A stretch of 64,000 bases of DNA from the IMG/VR virus record IMGVR_UViG_3300007511_000019; one strand, 5' to 3'. Of this stretch, positions 63,072 through 64,000 are shown one piece after another (positions within the stretch are counted from its first letter, which is position 1; every line of letters begins with the position of its first letter). A program made the translations under genes and the position numbers. The stretch comes from a virus. The notes under the pieces were generated by a model. The model searched no databases and was not told the DNA's origin. It worked only from the letters and a program-made list of their open reading frames with translations.

Positions 63072-64000
63072 ATGGCAACCTACGTCCTTCCGCAAGTTCG
63101 CGTCTTTCAGGAATTCAATATCGCCGCTGAGGCTGATATACGGGACCTGTTCGCCTTCATTACTGGCGGTCACGCATACTTGCTTCGCTGCGACGTCGCA
63201 GACGAAAAGGCTCTGGCGGGCCTTGGCGAATACGACGACGTCGGCACACTCATCGACGGCGACTTCAAAACCTGTTACAGTTGGCCGACGAAGCCCGCTG
63301 GCAGCGTTATCGATACTACTTACACAAAGCTGTGCATCGACGATGCTCTGCTTAAGTATTTCGAAGACACGTCGCACACGATGACCAAGACGGATTCCAA
63401 CAAGATTCGTCACCCAACCAAATCTTTCAAAGACAACCCGTCCGATCCGACGACCTACCCTCGCTCGGCTGCGGACTTTTTTGATCGTGACGTAGCTGTC
63501 GGTGACATCGTTAAGGTGTCGGCTCGGCCAGTTACGGGAACGATCTCATCCTCGTCTGTGCTGGGCACCCGAGCGGGTCTATGCACTTACGTCAAAGACA
63601 TTGAGGCGGAAGTTGTTGCGGCAAGTATCGCAGCAGCTACTGGCGATACCGCCAACCAGGCTACTCAGTCGGCTTCGTCTTCGGACTCAGCCAATGCCGG
63701 TAATAGCGGTGACGCTACTATCGCATCGACTGACGAGACCAGCTACGACGGGCACGACGACGGCGACATGACGGAAGTCTATACCGTTCGCGTTATCGTC
63801 AGCTCAACTGGTGGTGATGCAACTACGGGTCGCCTCCAGGTTATCTCGGCATCCGGCAACGACGACGTGTCCTCGGTTACGCCGGTGGCTTTCGGTGTTG
63901 CTCAACCTATTGGTGCTCGAGGCGGCACGGCAACGTTCTCCGGCGGTTCCACTAACTTCACAGCTGGTGATGAGTGGACCGTGACGATGAACCAGGCGTT
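63072..64000 (+). CDS. hypothetical structural protein, 3'-partial (runs off the window; not in the ORF track)
   Basis: The frame is open from the ATG at 63072 with RBS GGGAGG. The product begins MATYVLPQVRVFQEFNIAAEADIRDLFAFITGG and has a Ser/Thr/Gly-rich C-terminal part. Confidence 0.4.
   Translation, partial: MATYVLPQVRVFQEFNIAAEADIRDLFAFITGGHAYLLRCDVADEKALAGLGEYDDVGTLIDGDFKTCYSWPTKPAGSVIDTTYTKLCIDDALLKYFEDTSHTMTKTDSNKIRHPTKSFKDNPSDPTTYPRSAADFFDRDVAVGDIVKVSARPVTGTISSSSVLGTRAGLCTYVKDIEAEVVAASIAAATGDTANQATQSASSSDSANAGNSGDATIASTDETSYDGHDDGDMTEVYTVRVIVSSTGGDATTGRLQVISASGNDDVSSVTPVAFGVAQPIGARGGTATFSGGSTNFTAGDEWTVTMNQA

Overview
This window looks like a segment of a large tailed dsDNA phage genome of about 55% GC. 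Every supportable gene sits on the + strand, and the long minus-strand ORFs look like antisense shadows. Genes are packed tightly, often coupled by ATGA, TAATG or GTGA overlaps, and punctuated by intrinsic terminators.

Reading 5' to 3', the window contains:
- 0.4-6.3 kb and 13.3-15 kb: a cluster for nucleotide-sugar biosynthesis, tailoring and glycosyl transfer. It comprises a 4,6-dehydratase-like SDR, a compact DegT-like PLP enzyme, two SAM methyltransferases, a dTDP-4-dehydrorhamnose reductase (RmlD)-like reductase, two or three glycosyltransferases, an NDT/SLOG-like protein, and an unusual Clp_N-cytidylyltransferase fusion.
- 6.6-13.2 kb: accessory genes, including a membrane protein plus SPFH/flotillin-like pair, a Lar-like zinc-ribbon protein, and a bacterial-type ribosomal protein uS12 homolog that carries substitutions at classical streptomycin-resistance positions.
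- 15.6-21 kb: a nucleic-acid end-healing and sealing cluster. It has a 2H phosphoesterase, a GNAT, a calcineurin-like metallophosphoesterase, and a LigD-type 3'-phosphoesterase fused to an ATP-dependent ligase. The ligase ORF runs 3.2 kb with no in-frame stop and carries an out-of-frame HNH homing-endonuclease gene.
- 24 kb: a GroES homolog.
- 25.9-36.1 kb: a multisubunit RNA polymerase, built as beta fused to the N-terminal part of beta', plus a separate beta' C-terminal subunit (a cyanobacteria/plastid-like split point). Each subunit is interrupted by a LAGLIDADG-containing intein.
- 36-64 kb: a virion module with glycine-rich internal proteins, a possible portal, scaffold, an HK97-like major capsid protein flanked by terminators, fibre or spike proteins including one with about eighteen 21-aa tandem repeats, an SGNH esterase, and two paralogous secreted proteins.

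Recurrent regulatory signals:
- The 16-mer TTTTTTTAGCTATCAG occurs three times.
- A TAGAAT -10-like hexamer recurs.
- An 11-bp perfect inverted repeat overlaps one of these promoters.
- One near-consensus sigma70 promoter is present.

No tRNA, rRNA or CRISPR array could be supported.
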